64,000 nt of DNA from an uncultured Gammaproteobacteria bacterium (GTDB lineage Bacteria; Patescibacteriota; Patescibacteriia; UBA9570; JBBTWU01). The notes under the pieces are model-generated. The model did not search any database. It was not told the DNA's origin and saw only the letters and a list, made by a program, of their open reading frames with translations. Position numbers and translations under genes: made by a program. The DNA lies in assembly GCA_964364425.1 (NCBI GenBank), contig CAYIMB010000002.1, positions 17,436 through 81,435 of the forward strand, in the 5' to 3' direction. Positions within the stretch are counted from its first letter, which is position 1. Each line of letters begins with the position of its first letter. Of the stretch, positions 49,511 through 57,994 are shown piece after piece.

Positions 49511-49526
49511 CTGTGCATACGCACAG
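49511..49526. promoter_or_regulatory. CTGTGCATACGCACAG palindrome (CTGT-N8-ACAG) upstream of rlmH
   Basis: Shares 22 nt with 8652-8670. Confidence 0.4.
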
Positions 49527-49544
49527 ATTACAACCAACAACTTT

Positions 49545-50018
49545 GTGTACTCATTTACCCTTCTCGTTGTCTCCGCTAGCAAGCCCGGTCCCTGGAAAGA
49601 CCTGGCGCAGGAATACCAGACGCGGCTGACTCCGTATGCCAAATGCAAATTGATTGAAATACCTCAAGCGGTTTTTTCTTCTGCAGCAGAGCGCCAGAAA
49701 GTGCAGGCGCAGGAGGCTGAGGTCTTAAGAAAATCGATCTCCAAGGGAGCATATACCGTAGCCTGTGATGAACGGGGGAAATTTTTCACCTCCACCCAGT
49801 TTGCGCAGCAACTCAAGACGTGGTCAGAACAAGAAACCAGAAACATCACGTTCCTCTTGGGCGGCCCGCTGGGCCTGCAACCTGCGTTGGTGCAAACGGT
49901 ACAGGCTAAGCTGGCCCTCTCCAGCTTTACTTTTCCACATGACCTGGCCCGGGTGGTTCTCCTAGAGCAACTCTACCGCGCTATGACCATCCTCAAAGGC
50001 AAAACCTATCATTACTAG
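49545..50018 (+). CDS. rlmH: 23S rRNA (pseudouridine1915-N3)-methyltransferase RlmH
   Basis: SPOUT family. C-terminal ...LEQLYRAMTILKGKTYH. Confidence 0.8.
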   Translation: MYSFTLLVVSASKPGPWKDLAQEYQTRLTPYAKCKLIEIPQAVFSSAAERQKVQAQEAEVLRKSISKGAYTVACDERGKFFTSTQFAQQLKTWSEQETRNITFLLGGPLGLQPALVQTVQAKLALSSFTFPHDLARVVLLEQLYRAMTILKGKTYHY

Positions 50019-50128
50019 CGGCGACTACGGTTGCGTTTGACAAAACAAAAAATAGAGAGCAGAACAAGCTTGGCGCAAACCTCTGCGCTCCTGGTCACAA
50101 GCCAGATTCTTACAACCCGGATCAACAG

Positions 50129-50653
50129 ATGTTGGCCCTGCTCCTGTCCGCCTGTTCCAAACTAGCGCTGGAGGACTGCACTGACCGCCACCACGAGCCC
50201 CGCAACTCCGACACGCACAGCACCTCCGACGGCATCTCGACCAACTCCACTCCGGCCGAGCAGGGTGCCCCCTGCCCTCAGCGCACTGACCAGCGCACGG
50301 GCAACGGGGCCATCACCCTGACCTTGGAGCTGGACAAGCCGGAAACCTTCACCCTGCGTCCGGTCACTGGCCTCACGGTGGAGGATACCTACACCGTCCC
50401 CAACACACACGTCCTGGGCTACAACCCGGAGACCGGGGCTGAGCTGTTCGTGGGGGAGCAGGCAGTGCTCTACTACTGCGACACTGACTTCTGGTTCTAC
50501 TGGGGCGATCTGGACGTGAACCACGTCATGGACTCGCGGGGGAGCGGCCTCTACCACAGCTCACAGCGGATGTACAACGAGGACAGCACCCTGCGTGAGA
50601 CCCGTCAGGTGGACTTCCGGATCCGCGTCACGGGCCTGGTGTTTCGCCAGTAG
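50129..50653 (+). CDS. GC-rich lipoprotein (lipobox LLSAC), unknown function
   Basis: Signal peptide plus Cys. GC-rich. Confidence 0.5.
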   Translation: MLALLLSACSKLALEDCTDRHHEPRNSDTHSTSDGISTNSTPAEQGAPCPQRTDQRTGNGAITLTLELDKPETFTLRPVTGLTVEDTYTVPNTHVLGYNPETGAELFVGEQAVLYYCDTDFWFYWGDLDVNHVMDSRGSGLYHSSQRMYNEDSTLRETRQVDFRIRVTGLVFRQ

Positions 50654-50965
50654 TTGCACCTTTGAGAGGACCTCCACTCTCAGTTCCATGTCGATTTTCA
50701 TGCGCAGAAAAATCGCCATAGAACTGTTCACCACTTGCTGGTGAATTACCGCCCAACGCTGAGTCTGCTGGATTGTGGTGCATGTAGTTTAGAATGTACG
50801 GTGATGCCCAAACTATGGACATTTCCTTCTGAACCTGCTATTATCCGGTGTCGCACTTTGATATTAAGCTATTTACAGTTGATTGCAGGCCTAAGGCCAT
50901 ATTTAACCCTATATAAGGGTTTTATGTGTATTTAGATCTGCAATCAAGCAGAAGGAGGTGTCCCC

Positions 50966-51400
50966 ATGAGCAGCCCCTTGGCGCTCCCTGGCATGAAGCT
51001 GAAGGCCCCCAAGGGCCTGATCTACGACAAGCGGAAGGAGGGATGGGCCCTCACCAAGGAGGGCGACCAGATCGAAGGTGAGCCCGACCTGGAGTTCGTG
51101 CCCTTCCTCCAAGGCGGCGAGACCGCCATCGTGGGAACCACCATGGTGGAACGCGCCGTCGCCATGGAGGGCCTCACCAGCCAGTACCACGCTGAGAGGA
51201 TGCTCCAGCAGCAGGACCAGATCCCGCCGGAGCTGCGGCCGTTCTACCTGGTCTTCGCCGGTACGGAATGGCGGGACTCCGACGGCGACCTCTGCGTCCC
51301 GTGCCTCTTCTGGTACGGCGACGAGTGGATCCTGTACTTCGACTGGCTCGCCCGCGGGAGCTGGGGCTCCCGCGCTCGGCTGGTTCGTCTCCGCAAGTAG
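50966..51400 (+). CDS. GC-rich small protein, cassette copy B (paralog of 38647-39093)
   Basis: See copy A. SD AAGGAGGTG. Homologous 3' tail 51401-51560. Confidence 0.6.
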   Translation: MSSPLALPGMKLKAPKGLIYDKRKEGWALTKEGDQIEGEPDLEFVPFLQGGETAIVGTTMVERAVAMEGLTSQYHAERMLQQQDQIPPELRPFYLVFAGTEWRDSDGDLCVPCLFWYGDEWILYFDWLARGSWGSRARLVRLRK

Positions 51401-51636
51401 CTTCGGCCCTTGGATCCTTTGGGAGTTGGCCCTTTTGGCTCCCTTGGATTCTTGGTCCGTTTTGTTCGCTTGCACCTTGGCTGTGCCCCCGTATGGACAG
51501 ATCTCACAAGGATCAGTTCAGCGGGGGTGTTGTCTTTTATATGAATATTGATACATAGGTGGGACTCCAACGATCGGCTGGTTTGTCTCCGCAACTCACT
51601 TCATTCTTCCGCCTCCATGGGCGGAGGTTTCAGGCG

Positions 51637-51666
51637 CTTGACACCGGGCAGGGGAGTTTTTATACT
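51637..51666 (+). promoter_or_regulatory. hrcA promoter TTGACA-18-TATACT
   Basis: Perfect -35. Immediately upstream of CIRCE. Confidence 0.55.
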
Positions 51667-51670
51667 GCAA

Positions 51671-51697
51671 TTAGCAGTCTCAAGCAGAGAGTGCTAA
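51671..51697 (+). promoter_or_regulatory. CIRCE operator TTAGCAGTC-N9-GAGTGCTAA
   Basis: 8/9 + 9/9 match to the HrcA-binding inverted repeat TTAGCACTC-N9-GAGTGCTAA. Confidence 0.8.
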
Positions 51698-51707
51698 CCA
51701 GAACACC

Positions 51708-52415
51708 ATGAATCCGCTTACAGACCGTCAAAAACAGCTATTTGGAGCCATTGTGGATGAATACGTATCCACAGCGCGGCCTATTGCCTCAGGGACCTTG
51801 GCTAAAGCGTATGGCTTGGATGTGAGTTCTGCCACGGTGCGGAATGATATGGCGGTGTTAGAAGACCAAGGTCTGATCCACCAGCCACATACCAGCGCAG
51901 GCAGAATTCCAACCGAGCAAGGGTACCAGTTTTATGTTGAGACTTTTGTGTCAGAGACTACTCTGTCAGCCGCTCAATTCAAAAAGTTAAGCGCATCTCT
52001 AGATGCTGAGGTAGAAGCCACCATCAAGCATATGGCTAAGACGGCTGCGGATTTATCCATGGAAGCGGTGTTCATGAGCGTTAAAACCGAATATACTTTT
52101 TATACTGGAATTTCAAATGTGTTGAAGCAACCGGAATTTATGGATAGAGCGCTATTGTTGTCGATTAGTTCAATTGTAGATTCCTTAGATGATGTGGTGT
52201 CTCAAATGGTGAGCAAAGTAACAAGTCATGTAGATGTGTTGATTGGTCGGGAAAACCCTTTTTCACCAGAGCTCTCAGTTATTATGACTGAGTATGAAAC
52301 AAAATCGGGTGCTACCGGCCTGATTGGACTCTTGGGTCCTATGCGAATGGAATATAAGCAAAATATAGCGGTCGTTAAATCTGTGCAAAAACTTTTAAAC
52401 ACTTATGAACAATAA
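51708..52415 (+). CDS. hrcA: Heat-inducible repressor HrcA (short form, 235 aa)
   Basis: N-terminal winged-helix homology. Confidence 0.8.
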   Translation: MNPLTDRQKQLFGAIVDEYVSTARPIASGTLAKAYGLDVSSATVRNDMAVLEDQGLIHQPHTSAGRIPTEQGYQFYVETFVSETTLSAAQFKKLSASLDAEVEATIKHMAKTAADLSMEAVFMSVKTEYTFYTGISNVLKQPEFMDRALLLSISSIVDSLDDVVSQMVSKVTSHVDVLIGRENPFSPELSVIMTEYETKSGATGLIGLLGPMRMEYKQNIAVVKSVQKLLNTYEQ

Positions 52416-52980
52416 ACCAGAACCGTTTGATGAGATGGACCAGGCTGCCAAAGGGCCAGTGGAAGAGCCGTCCAAGGCCGAACCAACAAAAGCCGAGCCA
52501 ACCCCTTCACCGTTTGGTGGGACTGACCAGCCGGACGCCTGGAAAGCTAAGGCTGCTGAATACTTAGCTGGTTGGAAGCGCGCACAAGCTGATTACCAGA
52601 ACTTGAGACGGTCAGTGGAGCAAGAGAAAGTTGGTATGGTGAAATACGCCAATGAAGCGTTGTTGCAAGACCTGCTCCCTCTGGTAGATCATTTCAACAT
52701 GGCGTTTAAAGCCGTTCCAGAAAAAGACAGAACATCTTCTTGGCTCAAAGGTGTGGAGCACATTTCAACCAACTTGAAACAGGTTTTGCAGGAATACGGA
52801 GTGACGGTCATGAATACCGTTGGACAGAAGTTTGATCCAACACAACATGAGTCAGTCGGGGAGATGCCAAGTGAACAACCAGAAGGTACGGTGGCAGAAG
52901 AAATGTCAGCCGGATTCCTCTTGCATGGAAAGGTGGTTCAACCCGCCAAAGTGAAGATCTCAACGGGAAAATCGAAATAA
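52405..52980 (+). CDS. grpE: Nucleotide exchange factor GrpE
   Basis: GrpE homology. Confidence 0.85.
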   Translation: MNNKPEPFDEMDQAAKGPVEEPSKAEPTKAEPTPSPFGGTDQPDAWKAKAAEYLAGWKRAQADYQNLRRSVEQEKVGMVKYANEALLQDLLPLVDHFNMAFKAVPEKDRTSSWLKGVEHISTNLKQVLQEYGVTVMNTVGQKFDPTQHESVGEMPSEQPEGTVAEEMSAGFLLHGKVVQPAKVKISTGKSK

Positions 52981-52997
52981 ATAATTAACATAAACGT

Positions 52998-53408
52998 ATG
53001 TCAATTATCAAATGGGTTCCAGATTCCGAACCAATTGATTTAGAAAAATGGTTTTTTGGTGAAGCGCCCATGCGTGCCATGACTCCGGCGGTGGATGTGT
53101 ATGAGAAGGATGGAGCTGTGGTTGTGGAAGCGCCAATTCCAGGCTTTGATCCGGAGAAGGTGAACATTCAGTTTGAAGATGGTGTGTTGATGATTTCAGG
53201 TGAGTCAGAGAAGCGGAAAGAGGTGGATGACAAAAACTATTATCGCAAGGAAGTGCGCACAGGTAAGTTTGCTCGCACAGTAACCTTGCCGGTAGCAGTG
53301 GATGGAGGACGCGCTGAGGCTGAGTATCACAACGGCGTGTTGAAAATCACCATTCCAAAGAGGGAGGAAAAGAAAGCTAAGTCCATTAAAATTAATGTTA
53401 AGAGGTAA
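52998..53408 (+). CDS. Hsp20/alpha-crystallin small heat shock protein
   Basis: ACD homology (AVDVYE.., GVL.I.IPK). Confidence 0.85.
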   Translation: MSIIKWVPDSEPIDLEKWFFGEAPMRAMTPAVDVYEKDGAVVVEAPIPGFDPEKVNIQFEDGVLMISGESEKRKEVDDKNYYRKEVRTGKFARTVTLPVAVDGGRAEAEYHNGVLKITIPKREEKKAKSIKINVKR

Positions 53409-53420
53409 CTCAAGAACACC

Positions 53421-55382
53421 ATGGGAAAAATATTAGGTATAGATTTAGGAACAACCAACTCTTGTATGGCCGTGTTTGAAGGCGGTCAGCCACGTGTGTT
53501 GGAAAATAAAGAAGGGGCACGAACCACGCCATCTATGGTGGCTATGTCCAAAACAGGGGAGCGCCTAGTTGGCGCTCTGGCCAAACGTCAAGCCATTACC
53601 AACCCCAAGAGCACGTTATTCAGCATTAAGCGGTTAATGGGACGCCGGTTTGAGGATGCGGAAGTGCAGCGTGATGTGAAAATCATGCCATATGAGATTA
53701 TTCGTGATGGAGACCGGGTCAAAGTGAAGATGGGTGACAAAGAACACACTCCACAGGAAATTTCGGCCATGATTTTGCAAAAGTTGAAAGCTGATGCAGA
53801 GGAGAAATTAGGAGAGAAGATTACAGAAGCAGTGATTACGGTGCCGGCTTACTTTGATGATGCTCAACGCCAAGCCACTAAAGATGCGGGAAGGATTGCC
53901 GGGTTGGATGTGAAACGGATCATTAACGAACCAACTGCCGCTGCGTTAGCTTATGGGTTTGATAAAAAGAAAGAACAGAAAATTTTGGTTTACGACTTAG
54001 GCGGCGGAACGTTTGATGTGTCTGTGTTGGAAATTAGCGGAGACACGGTGGAAGTGAAAGCCACTAGCGGTGATACGCACTTGGGTGGTGATGACTTTGA
54101 TCAGATCATTATCAAATGGATGTTGGATGAATTCAAGAAATCTGAAGGCATGGATTTGAGCAAAGACGTGTTGGCTTTGCAGCGCTTTAAAGATGCTGCA
54201 GAAAAAGCCAAGATTGAGTTGTCCACGGCTCAAGAAACAGAAATCAACCAACCATTTATTGCCAATGATCCTTCAAGCGGGCCAAAGCACATGGTGGTGA
54301 AGTTGACTCGTTCCAAGTTGGAAGAGTTGATAGGTGGTTTAGTGGAAAAGACCATTGGACCGGTGAAGCAAGCCTTGGCAGATGCTAAGTTGCAGCCAGG
54401 TGACATTAACGAGATTGTGATGGTGGGCGGTATGACTCGTATGCCGTTGGTCATTTCTACGGTTGAGAAATACTTTGGAAAGAAACTAAACGCTTCTGTG
54501 AACCCAGATGAAGTGGTGGCCATAGGTGCCGCGGTGCAAGCTGGTGTTCTAGGTGGAGAAGCTAAGGACATTCTGTTGTTGGATGTGATCCCTCTGTCTT
54601 TGGGCTTGGAAACCTTGGGCGGCGTGGGTACCAAGCTCATCACCAAAAATACCACCATCCCTACCTCAAAATCACAGATCTTCTCTACGGCTTCAGACAA
54701 CCAAACTTCTGTGGAGATTCATGTGGTGCAAGGTGAACGTGAAATGGCGTCTGATAACAAATCTTTGGGTCGATTTATCTTAAGTGGTCTTCCACCAGCT
54801 CCCCGCGGCATGCCGCAAGTGGAAGTGACCTTTGACATAGATGCCAACGGTATCTTAAACGTGAAGGCGCGCGATAAAGCCACGGGCAAAGAACAGTCTA
54901 TCCGTATAGAAGCTTCTAGCGGTTTGAGCGAAGAAGAAATCAAGCGTATGGAAGCTGATGCCGCGGCGCACGCAGAGGATGACCGCAAGAAGAAAGAATT
55001 AATTGAAGCTAGGAACGTGGGTGAGACGTTGATCTACACCACGGAGAAGGCTCTCAAGGACGCTGGAGACAAAGTGAATGCTGAACAAAAGAAACCAATT
55101 GAAGAAGCTGTGGAAGGGTTGAAGAAAGTCAAAGACGGTGAGGACTTGGAGTCTATCAAGAAGGCTAGCGAGGCGTTGAGCCAAGCGGTGCAGAAGATTG
55201 GGGAGATCTTGTATAAAACGGCGGAGCAAAGCGGAGCCGGAACTGTCGGCACACAAGGCGCGGCTGCTGGGGCGGAAGGAGGAGCTACAGGGGCCGAAGG
55301 TGCTCAGGGTGAGACGAAGGCAGGGGAAGAGAAAAAGGAAGAGGAGAAGAAGCCGGAAGAGCCTGAAGGGGAGAAGAAATAA
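53421..55382 (+). CDS. dnaK: Chaperone DnaK
   Basis: Hsp70 signatures. 653 aa. Confidence 0.95.
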   Translation: MGKILGIDLGTTNSCMAVFEGGQPRVLENKEGARTTPSMVAMSKTGERLVGALAKRQAITNPKSTLFSIKRLMGRRFEDAEVQRDVKIMPYEIIRDGDRVKVKMGDKEHTPQEISAMILQKLKADAEEKLGEKITEAVITVPAYFDDAQRQATKDAGRIAGLDVKRIINEPTAAALAYGFDKKKEQKILVYDLGGGTFDVSVLEISGDTVEVKATSGDTHLGGDDFDQIIIKWMLDEFKKSEGMDLSKDVLALQRFKDAAEKAKIELSTAQETEINQPFIANDPSSGPKHMVVKLTRSKLEELIGGLVEKTIGPVKQALADAKLQPGDINEIVMVGGMTRMPLVISTVEKYFGKKLNASVNPDEVVAIGAAVQAGVLGGEAKDILLLDVIPLSLGLETLGGVGTKLITKNTTIPTSKSQIFSTASDNQTSVEIHVVQGEREMASDNKSLGRFILSGLPPAPRGMPQVEVTFDIDANGILNVKARDKATGKEQSIRIEASSGLSEEEIKRMEADAAAHAEDDRKKKELIEARNVGETLIYTTEKALKDAGDKVNAEQKKPIEEAVEGLKKVKDGEDLESIKKASEALSQAVQKIGEILYKTAEQSGAGTVGTQGAAAGAEGGATGAEGAQGETKAGEEKKEEEKKPEEPEGEKK

Positions 55383-55391
55383 ACAGTATTA

Positions 55392-55423
55392 AGTTGGCGG
55401 GCGGTTTAGGCCGTCCGCCAACT
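55392..55423 (+). terminator. 13-bp hairpin after dnaK (AGTTGGCGGGCGG...CCGTCCGCCAACT), no strong U-tract
   Basis: Read directly. Confidence 0.4.
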
Positions 55424-55439
55424 TCTAGGTCAAACTAAA

Positions 55440-55865
55440 ATGTCTAAAAATCAACTGGGATTTGATAGGTATAAGAATGTAGTCTTCACATTTTTGGTTT
55501 TTAACCAAATGCTAGAAAATTCGATCGATGATTTTTGTGAAGAAATTTTTTCTAAGGCTGAATCAGATAAAATCAAAACAATGTCACTCGGAGGAAAGCT
55601 ATTTTTTTTGGATAAGAAAAAAATTATTCTTAAATCCAAGAATAAAAAACTTATCAAATATATTGACAGTAGGAATGAAGTGCTACACGAAGACGTTTTC
55701 AATACTTGGAAAGTTTTTGCAGCAGGAACTGATAATCCGAACACAAGTGGAAGGTTAGAGCAGAGAATTTTGTTTATTCGTGATCTTTGGAAGGAAGCGC
55801 AGGTGTTTATTGGAACATTTCAGATGTTGCATGCCGAAGCTTACTCTAAGAAATTAGGAAATTAA
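55440..55865 (+). CDS. Hypothetical AT-rich gene inserted between dnaK and dnaJ
   Basis: 141-aa ORF, clearly AT-richer than the flanks. Stop abuts the dnaJ ATG. Confidence 0.45.
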   Translation: MSKNQLGFDRYKNVVFTFLVFNQMLENSIDDFCEEIFSKAESDKIKTMSLGGKLFFLDKKKIILKSKNKKLIKYIDSRNEVLHEDVFNTWKVFAAGTDNPNTSGRLEQRILFIRDLWKEAQVFIGTFQMLHAEAYSKKLGN

Positions 55866-57005
55866 ATGCCCAAAGACTACTACTCACTCCTCGGCGTCTC
55901 CAAGTCCGCATCTCAAGATGAGATCAAGCAGGCGTTTCGTAAATTGGCGCATCAATACCACCCGGACAAAAAGTCTGGAGATGAGGCTAAATTCAAAGAA
56001 ATCAACCAGGCGTACCAAGTCTTAGGCGACGCACAAAAACGCCAACAGTACGACCAGTTTGGTAGTGCAGACGGTCCGCAAGGCTTTGGTGGTGGTCACG
56101 GCCACGGCGGCGGGATGGGCGGTATGAGTTGGGAAGACATCATGCGCCAAACCCAAGCCCAGGGTGGGGGATTCCAGCAAGGTGGTGTGGAATTTGATAT
56201 GGGTGACTTGGGTGATATGTTTTCTGGTATGTTTGGTGGCGGCAGGCAACGCACGCGCGTCAAAAAAGGTGCCAACTTGGCTACGGACATGAAGATCGAA
56301 TTTAAAGAAGCCGCAACCGGTGTTAACAAGGATCTTAACTTATACAAAACCGTGGCGTGCAGTGAGTGCTCCGGCAAAGGCGCTAAGTCAGACTCAGATG
56401 TGAGCAAGTGCACCACGTGTAACGGTTCTGGTTCTGTGGAGTCCATTCAGCGCACCATCTTGGGTGCCATGCGCACGCGGTCCACCTGTCAGACGTGTGA
56501 TGGGCAGGGACAGATGATTAAACATCCATGTGGCAAGTGTAAGGGCATGGGTGTGGTCAAAGACAACACCACCATTTCCGTGCACGTGCCGGCGGGCATA
56601 GAAGACGGCATGACCATGCGCGTAGAAGGCGGGGGAGAGCAGGGGTTGCGCGGCGCCCCGGCCGGTGATTTGTTGATCACCATTCATATCAACGCAGATA
56701 ATCGATTTTCACGCGAAGGCGACAACGTGCATTTCCGCCAAGAGATTTCCTTTTCTCAAGCCGCGCTGGGCACCAAAGTCACTGTACCAACGCTTTTAGG
56801 TGAAGAGTTGCTGAAAATTCCAGCCGGCACACAAAGCGGAACGGTGTTTACGTTACGTTCAAAAGGGTTTCCACACTTACAACAACGCGGAACAGGGGAC
56901 CAGTTGGTGGAAGTGGTGGTGAAAACACCCCACAAGGTGAGCGGCAAGGTGAAGTCTTTGTTGAAAGAGTTGTCACAACTTGAGGGGTCGGAGACGGACG
57001 AATAA
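55866..57005 (+). CDS. dnaJ: Chaperone DnaJ
   Basis: J domain HPD. Four CxxCxGxG repeats. Confidence 0.95.
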   Translation: MPKDYYSLLGVSKSASQDEIKQAFRKLAHQYHPDKKSGDEAKFKEINQAYQVLGDAQKRQQYDQFGSADGPQGFGGGHGHGGGMGGMSWEDIMRQTQAQGGGFQQGGVEFDMGDLGDMFSGMFGGGRQRTRVKKGANLATDMKIEFKEAATGVNKDLNLYKTVACSECSGKGAKSDSDVSKCTTCNGSGSVESIQRTILGAMRTRSTCQTCDGQGQMIKHPCGKCKGMGVVKDNTTISVHVPAGIEDGMTMRVEGGGEQGLRGAPAGDLLITIHINADNRFSREGDNVHFRQEISFSQAALGTKVTVPTLLGEELLKIPAGTQSGTVFTLRSKGFPHLQQRGTGDQLVEVVVKTPHKVSGKVKSLLKELSQLEGSETDE

Positions 57006-57304
57006 CTACATAGCCAATGACCGTTCAGGTAGGGGATGGTTGGTAAACTTTTTTGGTTTCGCAATTTGTATTTCTCCGTTGGGTGTAAACTCCACCGTTT
57101 CCGCCAGCATGATTTTGAAGGCAGCATAGCAGGCGAGTTTGAATCTGGGCTCTGATACGTCAGCTATTCGTAGTTTGATCCGGGATTCAGCTGCCAGGAC
57201 CTTCTGGTGCAAGGCCTCATATTTGGTTGGGTCGTATCTTGAGTACCAGTAAGCCCGGGTATAGTAGCATATTCTTCTGGCATATGGTATAATTTTTCCT
57301 GTCT

Positions 57305-57994
57305 ATGGAGGACGCATCAACACATTCCTTTGTGGCAGTTGAATATAAGATTGCTGTCAAGGAAAAAAAGAACAAGAAACAGGAGCAAACGACTGGTACC
57401 ACAGATACTACAGCTACTGATACTACTGTCACCACCACTGATCCGGCCGCGGTGGCCACGCAAGCTCTCTCCGCCGCTCCCCCAGCGGTTCAACAATATA
57501 TCAACTTCCAAAATCCCACTTGGGACACCTTTTTGTTTGTCTTTTTCTTGGTGGCCGCACTCCTTTACGGCGTTTCCCTGGGTCGCGACCGGATCATAGT
57601 CATCTTGATTAGTATCTACATGGCCTTGGCTGTAGTGCAGGCCATTCCTGATTTTGTCCTCAGCATTACCATCAATCAAAACTTTGCTTTTCAAATGACG
57701 GCCTTCATTGCGTTGTTTGTGGTGTTGTTTTTCTTGTTTTCACGTTCCGCTTTAATCAACACGTTGGGCGAGGGGCGTCACCGCGGCGGGATTATGGAAG
57801 TGGTGGTGTTTAGTTTCCTCCATGTGGGTTTGCTCATTTCCATTGCCATGGGTTTCTTGCCCGCAGACTTTGTCTCCAAATTTTCACCCCTCACCATAAC
57901 AATCTTCACCAACGAATGGGCCAAGCTCATTTGGATTGTAGCGCCTATAGCTGCCATGATTGTGCTGGGCAGGAGAGACGAAGACGACGACTAG
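57305..57994 (+). CDS. Membrane protein with Thr-rich N-terminal region
   Basis: TGGTATAAT extended -10 at 57283-57291. Hydrophobic ORF. Confidence 0.5.
   Translation: MEDASTHSFVAVEYKIAVKEKKNKKQEQTTGTTDTTATDTTVTTTDPAAVATQALSAAPPAVQQYINFQNPTWDTFLFVFFLVAALLYGVSLGRDRIIVILISIYMALAVVQAIPDFVLSITINQNFAFQMTAFIALFVVLFFLFSRSALINTLGEGRHRGGIMEVVVFSFLHVGLLISIAMGFLPADFVSKFSPLTITIFTNEWAKLIWIVAPIAAMIVLGRRDEDDD

Noticed and set aside
50162-51594. ORFs 50162-50557(-), 50909-51475(-), 51078-51551(+), 51244-51594(-) and 51268-51558(+)
   Set aside because: Same artefact over the GC-rich lipoprotein gene and cassette B.
56693-56706. Exact 14-mer TCGATTTTCACGCG shared between the fusA 3' flank (7136) and inside dnaJ
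   Set aside because: Several 14-mer coincidences are expected by chance in 64 kb. The dnaJ copy is ordinary coding sequence.
57006-57300. Minus-strand 68-aa ORF (TTG start only; open frame extends to ~57293) between dnaJ and the membrane protein; possible gene remnant
   Set aside because: No ATG or GTG start. No recognisable domain I can name with confidence. Could be a decayed fragment, but evidence is insufficient to call a pseudogene.
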